DNA of 64,000 nucleotides from Leucoraja ocellata (GCA_036785375.1 JAWMAR010000323.1:2108001-2172000), one strand, 5' to 3'. Positions 10,840 through 23,904 are shown, counted from the first letter of the stretch. Made by a program: numbers and translations. Notes: generated by a model not told the origin, from the sequence alone.

Positions 10840-11030
10840 TCATCAACTGTCCACATATTTTATCATTCACAAGACCTCAAATAGCCTTCCAACCCAAATA
10901 TCTTTGGGATGTGGGAGAAAATCAGAGCATTATCGGAAACACATGCAATGATGGTGAGAATGTGCCAACTCCACACTGGAGGTCAGGATTGAACTCTCGT
11001 CACTGGAGTGATGAGCTTACAGCCTTTCCC
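10840..11030 (-). mobile_element. Degraded HE1-type SINE
   Basis: TCTTTGGGATGTGGGAGAAAATCAGAGCA...GGTCAGGATTGAAC matches the clearer copies at 19720 and 26110. Confidence 0.6.
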
Positions 11031-13179
11031 AGTTCCCAGTTCAGCCAAAAGGTCCTTGATGTGTGGTGTTAACAGTTTATTTTTTCACAGATGCTGCGTG
11101 ACGTACTGAATGTTTCTAACTTGTTCTGTTTTTTAACCTCAAAAGTATAGTGGGTAGATTGCATTTTAGGTAAGTTGCTGGAAGATACTGGAAACTCACA
11201 CTTGCAACTGGCAAGAAAAGCAATTAAGCAGAACTAGCAAGATGCCTAGTACAGATGGATTATATGACTCGGTCAACACTGTATTAGGCTTGCAATCTGC
11301 TTGATCAGCAGCAGGGTAGTAGACAGTCAGGACCTTTCTGAATGAATTTGAGCAATACACATTAACATACCTTCCTTTATTTTAATGTTAATTTGGCTCT
11401 GAAAATACCGATAGGGAATTGATTGGCATCCACAGTACTGGGACTGTGTTAGTGAATGGGACTCACACACTTTCCTTTCTTGCTGTGCCGTGCACAAAGG
11501 AATGAAACAGGTAGAGAAAGGAGCAGGATCTGGTTTGAGGGGATGGGTCCGAGGGGGGAGAAGGTCAGTGGTTGCTGTTTACAATGTGAATCAGCTCCTG
11601 AGGGGTCTGAAGGATTTCCAGAGCATGCTGCGACTGAGTGAATTGGTTCTGTGTGCCTCCAACCTTTCAGAATAAAGTGTAGTCTTGCTGAAACCCAAAC
11701 TTTAAAAACAAAACTAATTGTTGGAGACAAACGACATGCAAAACAAGCTGGCGTGTACACTGTTAGTCTATTTGATGATTTTGATACTGCTGCAAAGTTC
11801 ACACTGAAACACTCACCATACCTCGCATTGGCTGTGATGCATGAACTGGTGGCCTGCCAGAAAACACATTACAGCAGAGTTACACCAATGACACTCCGAA
11901 TAATTAAGCCACTCGCTGCTGTTTATGGTTAATTTTGTAATTTATCTGTAAGAGCCATAGCTGTCCTCATCTTCCTTGCAGTGACCCATGTGAACTACAG
12001 AGCAACTCACATCATTAATTGCTTTGGTACCTTTCTTTTTCAATTCCTCACATATATCAACAGATCCACAAGTGCAACTGAGCAAGCCAGTCAGCAGTGA
12101 GTAGTTCTGCTCAGTTGCATAATTGGAGAATGTTAACATATATCACTGTAGGCATGGGTTTTAGTCAATAAATTCTGTTCTTGCCAGCTTGGCAAAACAT
12201 AAATACTTCAAATTAATTTATTTGAATTCTACGCTGAAAATGCATGAAAATTATTTATGGCATCCAATTTTCAAGTATAATATAATTAAAAAGAAATGTG
12301 AACACGAGGAATGCCTGGGAAACCAATGAGGAGATTGTGCTGATATTTAGCAAATGAACAGGGTGGTGAGTGGATATGGATTGTATCCTATTTTTTTTCT
12401 TGAAGAATATGTTAAGTAAATTAAAATGTTTAAGGTTTTTCAAATATTTCAATATTAATAAGACTAATTTGATGAATAGGTTCTGAACCGTTTACATTAA
12501 GAAATAACAGTGCATAACTAACACAGTGCTATTCTTAACTAGACTATCACATCATTGTATTTCCTGGCATTATTATAAGATAGTGATAAATGATATTAAA
12601 ATAATCCTTTCAGGCTTGTCTCATCTCAGGAAATTGAAATATGTTCACATCCTCAGGCTAGATCATTTTCCAACAGGTAATAAAGGACTTATAAAAGGCA
12701 AAACACATTAGCCAATTATTTCACTAAATTGTGCCTCGACCGCAACTGCAACCTTGAACCTTTAACTTTCCTTCCCACATCCACAAAGCACATTTGACCA
12801 TTCACTGTCCAGAAGGTTCATTGCAAGTTTCAGCTCAATGGGGGTCATTTTGACTTAAAAAACCAGAACAAGTGAGCATGTAAGAAATACGAGCAGTAAT
12901 TTCCTTGTGTCACTTTGCACCTGCATCGCCTTGCAATAAAACCAGGCTCATCTGAAATTAGCCATGTTACTCTTGTTTCCCATGAACCTCCATACCCCTG
13001 AAGTACAAAAACACGTTTGTCTTGTCAACCATGTACCTATGTATTAGGTAAACAGTGATGTAGGCCTTTTTAAGACTGTGGGCATTTTGCTAAAAACACG
13101 TAGTCAAGTCTTACACAATAGGGCAGGTGGCAGCAGCAGAGAGGGAACCAGTGTAACCATTTCAAGTTACTATCTACCA

Positions 13180-14232
13180 CAACTATCTCAACTACACTTC
13201 TTCCCACCCTGCTTCCTGCAATGACTCTATCCCCTGCTACCAATTCCTCCGTCTACGCCACATCTGCGCCCAAGATGGGGTGATCCATACTAGAACATTT
13301 GAGATGTCCTCATTCTTAGGGAACGGGGGTTCCCCTCTCCATCATAGATGAGGCCCTCACTTGTGTTTCCTCGGTACCCCGCATCTCCGCCCTTGTTTCC
13401 CTTCCTCCTAGTCACAACAGAGACGGAGTCTCCCTAGTCCCTACCTTCCACCCCATCAGCCGTCGCATACAACACATAATCCTCCAAAATGTATGCCACC
13501 TCCAACGGGATCCCACCACGAGCCACATTTACCCATCTCCACCCCTTTCCACTTCCACAGAGACTGTTCCCTCCAGAACTCCCTGGTTAACTCATCCCAT
13601 CCCACCCAAACCACCCCCTCTACCTTTCCCTGCAACCGCAGAAGATGCAACACCTGTCGCTGTACATCCTCATTCGACACTGTCCAGGGACCCCAACAGT
13701 CCTTTCAGGTCAGGCAGAGGCTCACTTTCACCTCCTCCAACCTCATCTACTGTATCATTTGTTCAAGGTGTGGACTCTTATACATTGGCGAGACCAAACG
13801 CAGACTGGGCGATCGTTTTGCGGTACATCTTAGCTCAGCCCGTGTGAACCAACCTGATCTCCCGGTTGCTGGACACTTTAATTCTCCTTCCCATTCCCAT
13901 ACAGACCTCTCAATCCTCTGTCTCCTCCATTGTCAGAGTGACGCTAAATGCAAATTGGAGGAATAGCATCTCATATTTCGCTTAGGCAGCTTACAGGCCA
14001 GTGGTATGAATTTTGATTTCTCTCACTTCAGGTAGCCCCGGCATTCACACTGGCTTCTTATTTTCTTGTACAAACAGCTTACAATGGCCCATTTCCTTTA
14101 TCTCCATTACTTTTTGGCATATCTTTAATTCATTGTTATTTATCTCTCCACATCACCGTCTATATCTCTCGTTTCCCTTATCCCTAACCAGTCTGAAGAA
14201 GGGTCTCGTTACTCCAGCTTTTTGTGTCTAAC
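13180..14232 (+). mobile_element. Penelope-like element 3' portion (RT thumb/linker, CCxxC, GIY-YIG), degenerate
   Basis: ORF 13493-13966: FPCNRRRCNTC...SSNLIYCIICSRCGLLYIGETKRRLGDRFAVH. Confidence 0.9.
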
Positions 14233-14842
14233 CATTTCAAGTTACTGACTTTTCATCTGGTCATCTTTCACTGTTTCTCTGTTCACAGATCCCGAGTGAT
14301 CTGCTGAGTATTTTATTGCAAACATTTCTAGTTAACATCGTTGACATAATTTTGGGAACTTTTACAGTCAAATATCTGAGAAAGCACAGGTCTCGGAATT
14401 GGTTAGATTCACTAATGGAGCATGCCAATTCGATTAGACCTCTATTATCTCAGGAGATATATGATGTGAAATTTAAAAAAAGGGAATTGGGTTGAATCTA
14501 ATTCTTTTATGTGGAATGTTCAAGGAAACAAGTTTATATTAGATAGACGTTTGCTAGTGTTTATTCAGCCTGAATGTTTTGTAAAAATGTGATTACAGGT
14601 AGTATGGTGGTTGTGAAATCTAATGACTCTCATGTAAGCTGCAGTCAATAGCAGTGTGAATTTGGGGAATCTGGGTTTCTGTCATACGTCCACCTTGTAT
14701 TTGCTTTGAGCCATTTCCTAATTGAAAGCAGCGAATTATGGAATTTACTGATAAAATGCTTTATTACATTTGAGTGAAATGGGGTCATAGATCTCCAAAT
14801 ATTTTTCAGGGAGAGGAAACAAATGGGTGTGAGGTGATTAGA

Positions 14843-15500
14843 GGGTGGCACAGTGGCTCTGCAGATAGTGGGCGACAGATGGCGCAATGGGCTAAGTGTT
14901 CGGCTGGCGACCGGAAGGTAGCCGGTTCAAATCCCGCTTGGAGTGCATACTGTTGTTGTGTCCTTGGGCAAGACACTTCACCCACCTTTGCCTGCGTGTG
15001 AATATGTGTGAATGTGTGTGAGTGATTGGTGATGGTCGGAGGGGCCGTAGGCGCAGATTAGCAGCCACGCTTCCGTCAGTCTGCCCCAGGACAGCTGTGG
15101 CTACAGAAGTAGCTCACCACCACCGAGTGTGACTGAGGAGTGAATGAATAATGCAATGTAAAGCGCCTTGAGTATCTAGAAAGGCGCTATATAAATCCCA
15201 TCCATTATAGTGTATCTGTCTCAAAGCTCCAGCAACCCGGGTTCAATGCTGACCTCTCATCTTCTCTTTGTGGAGTTTGCACAATCACCCTGCACAGGTT
15301 TGGCAATGTTTTTTTCCCACCTTCCAGGGACGAGCTGGTTGTAGGATTAATTGGCTTCCCGTATAGGCGGCGGGTGAAAGAATCAGGGTTATTGCCGGGC
15401 AGGTGAGAGAGAAGATTGCATGGGGAAAAAAAAACATGGCAAATGCAATTGATGGGATTGCCCTGAGCAAGGATTTGAAGGGCTAAATGGTTCCTCCTTA
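14843..15500 (+). mobile_element. Old HE1-type SINE split by a younger SINE
   Basis: Head GGGTGGCACAGTGG at 14843. Resumes at 15213 with B-box GGGTTCAATGCTGACC and GTGGAGTTTGCAC. Confidence 0.65.
14871..15206 (+). mobile_element. Young tRNA-derived SINE with CORE-like segment and L2-type tail (AFC-like)
   Basis: A-box TGGCGCAATGG, B-box GGTTCAAATCC, GTGTCCTTGGGCAAGACACTT, tail TGTAAAGCGCCTTGAG...AAGGCGCTATATAAAT. TSD ATAGTG at 14865-14870 and 15207-15212. Confidence 0.85.
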
Positions 15501-15619
15501 AGAAGTATACAATAAACTGGTAATGTACTGCAAAAACATGGCTGATTTAGACCGAGTAGTTAATGTTAATCTTGGAATTGACCATTTCTTTCAACTAAAT
15601 ACAATCATGGACAAAACAA

Positions 15620-16360
15620 TCCATTGGACTCCTTCATGGAGTCTGGAATAGAGGCCATCACGCAGGATCTCCCAGCAGCAACGGAGCTGGAGGTGCCGAC
15701 TGTAAGGGAATTCACAATCTCAGGGGAATCCCCGACCTCGCGGAGACTCGTAAGTACTTTAAACACCAAAGAGGGCTTCATGGAGTATGGAAACGTGGTT
15801 GTCGGGCAGGACTACAAATAAGACTGAAGCGTAGGGGACATCGGCCCCCTCTCCCTACCATCCTACTGGCCAACGTACAGTCACTAGAAAACAAAGTGGA
15901 GGACTTAAGGGCAAGGCTGCTTTACCAAAGGGAGCTGAGGGAATGTTCTGTGTTCTGTTTCACAGAGGCATGGCTCACCCCCAGCTCCCCAGACTCAGTG
16001 GTCCAGCCTGAAGGGTTCTCCATCCACCATATGGACCGTACTCAGGCATCTGGGAAAGGGAGAGGAGGGGGCATCTGCCTCATGGTCAACTCTGCGTGGT
16101 GCTCAGACGTGGCAGTCCTGTCCAACTCCTGCTCTCCACACCTCGAACATCTGGCGGTGAAGTGCAGTCCCTTCAACCTACCGAGGGATTTCTCCTCCAT
16201 CACCCTGACCGTGGTCTGCATCTCACCCTGGGCAGACGACCGTCTGGCACTGGAGGAGCTGCACGACTTGGTCAACAAGCACCAGACAGCTTACCCCGAG
16301 GCATTTACCACCATAGACTTTAACGGGCTGATCATGGCGCAAATCAACTCATACCTCGCC
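15620..16360 (+). mobile_element. Rex1/Babar-like LINE AP-endonuclease fragment with internal deletion
   Basis: ILLANVQSLENK, CFTEAWL, GKGRGGGIC.MVN (ORF 15896-16387) joined directly to the RT peptide LIMAQINSYL. Confidence 0.85.
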
Positions 16361-16361
16361 A

Positions 16362-17012
16362 ATGCTAGTATGGGTATTGTGGGCTGAAGCGACTGGTTTC
16401 CAGAGGGCTAGTATGGACATTTTGGGCCAAATGGATTCTTGGGCTGACGGCTCAGTCACTCAAGCCTGTTGTGCTGACAGCTCACTCACTCACGGCTGGT
16501 GGGTTGGCAGTTGAATCACGGCTATTCCTTGAATTTCCATTTCAAGCAGGGTGCAAGACCACCAATTTAAGTGCAGTTTCTTACCACATCAAGCAGGGTG
16601 CAAGGCCACCAAATTCAAGTGAAGTTTCATACTACTTCAAGCAGGGTGCAAGGCCACCAAATTCAATTGCATTTTCATACCATTTCAAACAGACTGCAAG
16701 GCCACTAAAGACAGTGAGTCATGACCTCTCCCTCCTCCATCTTGCAGAGACTGAGCCACACCCATACTGCTGGGTTTTATAGTCCGTCCCCCCACCCATC
16801 AGAAGGGTCATGGCCTGATTGATAGGAGAGAGTATCTCAACATTTTTTAAACACTAATACCCTTTTACTTTTCAAAAATCCTCGGCACCTAATGAGCGGA
16901 GGGGGACTCTGAGTAAGATGGCCAAAATCGCAGCCGTACGTTGCAGCGTTTTTTCTAAAATCAATATAAAGCACAAACAGGAAGTGGTCAAGATTAGACT
17001 TTTAATTATATA
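16362..17012. repeat. Unclassified composite interspersed repeat (paralogue of 59190-60315)
   Basis: ~4 copies of a ~46-nt unit (CAAGCAGGGTGCAAGGCCACCAAATT...). Shared block GAGTAAGATGGCCAAAA...AGCGTTTTTTCTAAAATCAATATA...CAGGAAGTGGTCAAG...TTATATAG. Confidence 0.75.
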
Positions 17013-17013
17013 G

Positions 17014-17165
17014 AAGGCAAAGCAACTTTAATTAGGCAAGGCAACTTTAATTAGGCAAGACCTTTAATTAGGCAAGGCATGTTTACTTAGGCAAGACCTT
17101 TAATTAGCAAGGCAACTTTAATTAGGCAAGGCAACTTTAATTAGGCAAGGCAACTTTAATTAGGC
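17014..17165. repeat. 19-bp tandem array (AAGGCAACTTTAATTAGGC), ~8 copies
   Basis: Read directly from the sequence. Confidence 0.95.
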
Positions 17166-17469
17166 AACACAGCTTTAGCATTTCCAAACCATAGGCAACA
17201 CAGCTTTAGCATTTCCAAACCATAGGCAACACAGCTTTAGCATTTCCAAACCATAGGCAACACAGCTTTAGCATTTCCAAACCATAGGCAACACAGCTTT
17301 AGCATTTCCAAACCAAAGGCAACACAGCTTTAGCATTTCCAAACCAAAGGCAACACAGCCTCAGCATTTCCAAACCAAAGGCAATACAGCTTTAGCATTT
17401 CCAAACCAAAGGCACACAGCTTTAGCATTTCCAAACCAATGGCAACACAGCTTTAGCATTTCCAAACTA
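17161..17469. repeat. 31-bp tandem array (TAGGCAACACAGCTTTAGCATTTCCAAACCA), 10 copies
   Basis: Read directly. The first five units start TAGGC, the next four start AAGGC. Confidence 0.97.
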
Positions 17470-17556
17470 TATTTCAAACCACATTAAGGGCACTGACAGG
17501 TCAGTAAACCCCCCCTGTTACAGTAAACCACTCTCAGTCCCGACTGTTACTACTGA

Positions 17557-17756
17557 NNNNNNNNNNNNNNNNNNNNNNNNNNNNNNNNNNNNNNNNNNNN
17601 NNNNNNNNNNNNNNNNNNNNNNNNNNNNNNNNNNNNNNNNNNNNNNNNNNNNNNNNNNNNNNNNNNNNNNNNNNNNNNNNNNNNNNNNNNNNNNNNNNNN
17701 NNNNNNNNNNNNNNNNNNNNNNNNNNNNNNNNNNNNNNNNNNNNNNNNNNNNNNNN
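17557..17756. other. Assembly gap (200 N)
   Basis: Run of N. Confidence 1.
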
Positions 17757-18851
17757 GGAATGGCAAGATGAAAGGCTGCACTTTGGTGTAGAGCTCGAAA
17801 AATATTTTGTGTCTTTTATGTAATGTTCAAAAGGTCTGCCCTTTCACCCATGGGTTTTAGGAATGAGTTTACCCATGCAGAGGAGGATGAAAGTCTCTGT
17901 GGTTTCTGATAAAGGGCTTCACATAAATGAGTTATAGCAGTTAAAACTCTGTTGGAAGTAAAATGTAGCAGTTTTGACTATTGGGCACTGTGTTCACAAG
18001 GGTATACAGTCAATGGGATAACGAGGAAGAGAATTCAAAATTTGATACATTGGAAATGGCCTCGCATTACAATGCAGTACTCCTTAATCGATGCTAATGG
18101 AGTTTTTGAATGTGGTGAACCAAAGGTAGTAGACATCAGTGCCATGGTGAATATGTATGCACTTTATATTGAGATTTAACCATTTGAAATCTCTTCCCAC
18201 TTTCTTCAGTGGGAAACTTCTCATATTCTCAGTTCTCACAATCTCGCATGGAACGGATCTGGGAGCCTGGTGCCCAGGAGAGTCCAAAAGCCAGCCAGTT
18301 AAACCCTGAGAGGCAACGAAACCTCAGGCAATTGAATATGATAATGTGGGTGAGACCAAACTAAGTCCTGCCCACAATACTTTTGAAAAACTTGACAAAT
18401 GGTAAAGCATTTCATTGTTCCTGAATGAATGTTTCAGAAACATTTAATAACTATTACAATCAATTGTATATTTAAAATAGAATATAAAAATGAATTAATT
18501 CAAAGCATCAGATAAATGGAAGTATTCAAAAATAGTTGCCAGAAGTTAGGTTTCAACTGCCGTTGGTTACATTAAACATGTGCTGTGTGCGCCTCTAATG
18601 CTCACTAAGTAAAGAATAAAGAAACTCAGCAAAAGTTAGCATCGCACCATGGATTTCAACACAGAGTAATGCATTAAAATAGGGCCTGCTCTGCTTTCAT
18701 CAGACGCTGCAAAACTCACAGCACTAAGTTGTTAGAAATGGACTCGGAGCTTAACAAAAGCTCCCCATGGCAGCCAGAGATCAGCTACAGGATAGATCAC
18801 CATAGGTGTGAGGAAAATGCAAGGATGTGGAGACACAGTTCACTGTGGTAT

Positions 18852-18979
18852 TTAAGAGGGAACTGCAGATGCTGGAGAATCGAAGGTTACACAGAAAAGC
18901 TGGAGAAACTCAGCGGGTGCAGCAGCATCTATGGAGCGAAGGAAATAGGCAACGTTTCGGGCCGAAACCCTTCTTCAGA
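18852..18979 (-). mobile_element. Short Penelope-like 3' repeat insertion
   Basis: Near-identical to 7051-7179. TSD TGTGGTAT at 18844-18851 and 18980-18987. Confidence 0.88.
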
Positions 18980-19719
18980 TGTGGTATGTCTGGGCAGCCC
19001 ACCACATGATGGACTCTCCCAGTCAAGTCCCATGCTGTGGGCAGCCCCAAGCCAATGTGAGATAAGAGTTGATCAGGGGACCAGAGATCACATTATGCAA
19101 CTCAGCAATGATTTGAACCAAAATGTCGTAAACAGTGATGAGATATTCACTAAATCTTCTTTCCTTCATGTTTTAATTGAAAACTGAACCTGGGATATAT
19201 TGCTTTCGAGTTGTTAAATGCCTCAGTGCAGACCATTCGCTTGCTGTTTTATTTCTAATTCCTGTGTGATGTGTTCAGTGCTTTGCTGTAACTGATCAAC
19301 TAAGGTCGTAAATTGATCCCATAAGCTCCAATATATGCCTGTAGCAGAGGATACATGTAATCAGCAACCGCTGACATTATTAGGTTAGTGACTGATGGTG
19401 GGCAAATGTAGACTGAGCTAAGGTGTATAAAGTGTGGAAATGGTGAGGCCACTTTTGTATTGGACATGATTTCACCTTAAGGTCAATTTATAGGCATTTA
19501 CATATTTCCTCTTTGTTTTTGTTCCATACAGCTTTAGAATTCCCATACAATGAATGATCTTATAGATCCTTAAGCATATTTTCTGGTGTTAAATGTTGGG
19601 ATTTTTAACAAGGTTCATTCCGCCACTGGCTTACGGGGAGATCAGGTGGGAAAGTGGTAACGGAGGCTAGCCAGAAGGTTCAGGCTGATGAATGTGAAAC
19701 TGTGGGAAAAACAATATAA

Positions 19720-20022
19720 TTAGTTTTAATTTAGTCTTAGAGATGCAGTATGGAAACAGGCCCTACGGCCCACTGAGTCCGCGCCAACCAGCCATCCCCG
19801 CACATTAACACAATCCTACACACACTCGGGACAATCTACACAAACAACAAGCCAATTAACTTACAAACCTATACGTCTTTGAAGTGTGGGAGGAAACCGA
19901 AGATCTCGGAGAAGACACATGTGGTCACGGAGGGAACGCACAAACTCCATACAGACAGCACCCATAGTCAGGATCGAACCCAGGTCTCCGGTGCTGTAAG
20001 GCAGCAACTCCACCGCTGAACC
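19720..20022 (-). mobile_element. HE1-type tRNA-derived SINE
   Basis: B-box GGGTTCGATCCTGAC on minus, body TGTATGGAGTTTG, CR1-like tail GGGCCTGTTTCC followed by CTAAA repeats. Confidence 0.85.
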
Positions 20023-20114
20023 CATATTTGATAACAAATCCATTATTTCTTTATTTGATAAATTAATTGAGGTAAGAGCATAGTTTTATTTTGCACAGAC
20101 ATGCAGAGTGCCTT

Positions 20115-21520
20115 CAAGATTCAAGAGATTCAAGACAGTTTATTGTCATGTGGCCCTGATAGGACAATGAAATTCTTGCTTTGCTTCAGCACAACAGAAC
20201 ATAGTAGGCATTGACTACAAAACAGATCAGTGTGTCCATATACCCTTAATTAAACATATACACACATGAATAAATAAACTGATAAAGTGCAAATAACAGA
20301 TAATGGGCTATTAATGTTCAGAGTTTTGTCCGAGCCAAGTTTAATAGCCTGATGGCTGTGGGGAAGTAGCTATTCCTGAACCTGGTCGTGGCAGTCTTCA
20401 GGCTCCTGTACCTTCTACCTGAAGGTAGCAGGGAGATGAATGTGTGGCCAGGATGGTGTGGGTCCTTGATGATACTGCCAGCCTTTTTGAGGCAGCGACT
20501 GCGATAGATCCCCTCGATGGGAGGGAGGTCAGAGCCGATGATGGACTGGGCAGTGTTTACTACTTTTTGTAGTCTTTTCCTCTCCAGGGCACTCAAGTTG
20601 CCGAACTAAGCCACGATGCAACCGGTCAGCATGCTCTCTACTATGCACCTGTGGAAGTTAGAGAGAGTCCTCCTTGACAAACTGATTCTCCGTAATCTTC
20701 TCAGGAAGTAGAGGGGCTGATGTGCTTTCTTAATAATTGCATCAGTGTTCTCGGACCAGGAAAGATCTTCAGAGATATGCACGCCCTGGAATTTGAAGCT
20801 CTTGACCCTTTCAACCATCAACCCATTGATATAAACGGGACTGTGAGTCCCCATCCTGCCTATTCCAAAGTCCACATTCAGTTCCTTGGTTTTGCTGGTG
20901 TTGAGGGCCAGGTTATTGTGCTGGCACCATATGGACAGCTGCTCGATCTCTCTTCTATACTCTGACTCATCCCCATCAGTGATACGTCCCACAACAGTGG
21001 TATCGTCGGCAAACTTGATGATGGAGTTCACACTATGACCGGCTGCGCAGTCATGAGTATAGAGTGAGTACAGCAGGGGGCTGAGCATGCTGCCTTGAGG
21101 TGCTCCCATGCTGATTGTTATCGAATCTGACACATTTCCACCAGTACAAACAGACTGCGGTCTGTGAATGAGGAAGTTGAGGATCCAATTGCAGAGGGAT
21201 GCGCAGAGACCCAGTTCTACGAGTTTGGTAACCAGCTTGGAGGGGATGATTGTATTAAATGCCGAGCTGTAATCAATGAATAACAGCCTGACATATGAGT
21301 TTTTGTTGTCCACGTGGTCCAGAGCAGAGTGGAGGGCCAGCGGGATCGCATCCACCGTTGATCTGTTGTGGCGGTAAGCGAACTGCAGTGGGTCCAGGTT
21401 TTTGTCGAGGTAGCAGTTGATTTGCGCCATGATCAACCTCTCAAAACACTTCATTACCACGGGCGTTAGTGCCACTGGTCGATAGTCATTGAGGCGTGTC
21501 ACTTTATTGTCGCCTTCATT
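20115..21520 (-). mobile_element. Rex1/Babar-like LINE, 5'-truncated, RT largely open
   Basis: ORF 20606-21562: [49 protein letters not shown]. Simple-repeat tail near 20115-20135. Confidence 0.93.
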
Positions 21521-21984
21521 GTTCAGCAGAGTTATTGCTCTATATAAATGTTGCAGATTCACTTACATTGAAAGTGGTGAATACAATAGAAGTGGGTGCA
21601 GAGGCGAGAGAGGTACCAGTATAGCTACAGTACTCCTTTACAATGAAATTGAGGCACGTTCTTTTTGCTTCAAACTTTTGTCTGACAATTTCATTTCTCT
21701 TCTCTCACATGAATGTATTTTCCCTTTGTTGGAGATATTGTTTTAATGGCACCGTGGCAAGTTAATCATTCCCGAGTCATGGCGACAAGAGTCTGTGGAC
21801 AATTGACAGAGTGAAACATCTCTGTTCTCAATCAATCTGCACACACATTGACCTCCAGAACACGGAGAATGTACTAGAACTGTAGAGGGCAATAAAATGT
21901 AGCTAGAAGATGGGTACAGTCATGCACACATAACACCAAGGAGGATGTGCTAACACCCAAGATTGCAGAGGAGAGTTATAGTTA

Positions 21985-22290
21985 AGGGGCTGTCCCACTA
22001 ATTCAAGAGCACTCCCGAGTTTAAAAAAAAAATCAAACTCATGGTAAGCACGTGGAATGTATGTTGCGGGTACGTCGGAGCTCGGGACGTCTCTTAGTGG
22101 CCGTAACGCTAACGACAGGTACTCGGAAAACGAGGTAAGCTTGTGAAGACTCGTGAAGATTTTTCAACATGTTGAAAAATGTCCACGAGAGCCCCGAGTA
22201 CCTATGAGCGGCTATTACCGTAATTCTCTGAGTCCGAATTGGGAAACTCAAGAGAACTCTTGAAATATTTCATACAGTGGGACAGCCCCA
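21985..22290. mobile_element. PIF/Harbinger-like MITE
   Basis: TIR GGGGCTGTCCCACT / AGTGGGACAGCCCC, with TTA on both flanks (21982-21984 and 22291-22293). Confidence 0.85.
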
Positions 22291-22700
22291 TTAAGTGGAG
22301 AGAACCATGGGGCTATGGGGAAACCAAGTAGATAGAGGGGAGTAATTAAGGTACACTCCGCATGAGAGCTCTGCAGAAACAGTGTAGACATATTCTTTTA
22401 ACAGAGGTCAGTAACCAGGGAAGCATTGACAAGTTAGTTAAGACAAATATTAGAAAATTGAGTGAGTTTGCGGTCTAGAACACCCTGCCCGAAGAGGTGG
22501 TGGAGACAGAAGCCTGTAGCACACTGAGAAACACTATAAACCATATGTCGTAGGGAGATGAAATGAACCTAAAGTTAATTTCTGCATGCTTCGAACATGA
22601 TGGGCTGATTAGCCTTCTACCGTGTTGATGTTTCAATGATTTTTAGGAGTCCTAGATAGCAACTAAAAGCTGACATTAGAGTATTTTCTTCTCTCCCCAA

Positions 22701-23511
22701 TGGGCCTGTCCCACTTAGGCGATTTTTCAGCGGACTGCCAGCGACTGTCAATTCGCCAGCAGTCACCTGAAAAACCGGGAACTGGAACGGCGACTGTCAG
22801 AGTGGAACACACACACACAAACACATCGCAAAGGCGGGGGCCAGGGCAAGTGGGGGAGCGCTGTCTGAAATTCACACGGTATAAAGCCAAGGTGATACAG
22901 ACACACTGCGATGAACATGAAGGTTGGCGCTGTAGATGGCTAACACAGTGTACGGTAAGTCGTTTAAGAGGGGGGGGGGGGGGGGAGAGGGGGATAGAAG
23001 GAGTGGAGACAACTTTTAAGAAGCCAGACAACTTTTAATAAACCTGAGATACACAGCTGTGATGTTCGGCGGACATGTAACATTAACGGTCGGTTATCCT
23101 TGGTTCTGAAAACTCCTGCTTACATTTTTCTTCCCCAATGAGCCTATGAAAATGACCGGTCAGCAAAGTCGATTAACTAAATCTACCTACTACCTCGACC
23201 ACCCATAATTACATGTCGACCTCACTACAACTGCACCTACAACTACAGGATTATCGTTTTACTCCATGGAGACCAATTTTTGATCGCAGAAAATTTTTCA
23301 ACATGTTGAAAAATTTGCGGTGACCATACTGAGGCCGCGACTAGTTCACAGAATGCGGGAACTCCTCGCGACCATGAAGGAGACTCACCAGAGACCATCA
23401 GCGAACTTGTGGCGACCATGTGGTGACCATGTGGTGACCATGTGGCGACCATGTGGCGAGTGCAGAGTCTCCTGCACTCGCTTAAAAAGTCGCCTAAGTG
23501 GGACAGGCCCA
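22701..23511. mobile_element. PIF/Harbinger-like non-autonomous element (811 bp)
   Basis: TIR TGGGCCTGTCCCACTTAGGCGA / TCGCCTAAGTGGGACAGGCCCA, CAA/TAA flanks, 11-bp internal repeats G(C/T)GACCATGTG near 23408-23458. Confidence 0.85.
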
Positions 23512-23659
23512 TAACTCGCAGTCCCATGGTAATTACAACAATACTATCGCCTCTAATTACGCCAAGCAAATTTGGCACAAACCAAGGATCAAACCTGGTC
23601 CTAATGTAGTCTGTATCGTTTGGCTATTATCTGATAAACTAATTAAGTCATTGATCAAT

Positions 23660-23750
23660 AAACAAAGTGCTGGAATAACTCAGCAGGTCAGACAAATCTT
23701 TGGAGGACATGAGTAGGTGACATTTCGGGTCGGGACCCTTCTTCAGACTT
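23660..23750 (-). mobile_element. Penelope-like 3' repeat fragment with hammerhead-like core
   Basis: Reverse complement reads AGTCTGAAGAAGGGTCCCGACCCGAAATGTCACC. Confidence 0.7.
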
Positions 23751-23904
23751 TGATCAAATGTATCTTCTGACTTTAATATAATTATCCAATGTTGCTTTGA
23801 ACTCTGCTGTACATATTTTAATTGTTCATTGTTCAATAAATTCAATTTAATAAAATGCTGGCATCATCAGCCTGATTGATCGCAGTCGTCATGATCCATT
23901 ATAG

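Noticed and set aside
14871-14945. Possible tRNA gene
   Set aside because: The tRNA-like head continues into a SINE body and tail bounded by a TSD.
17161-17469. Ten 31-bp repeats as a possible CRISPR array
   Set aside because: Units are head-to-tail with no unique spacers, there are no cas genes and the context is eukaryotic: a minisatellite.
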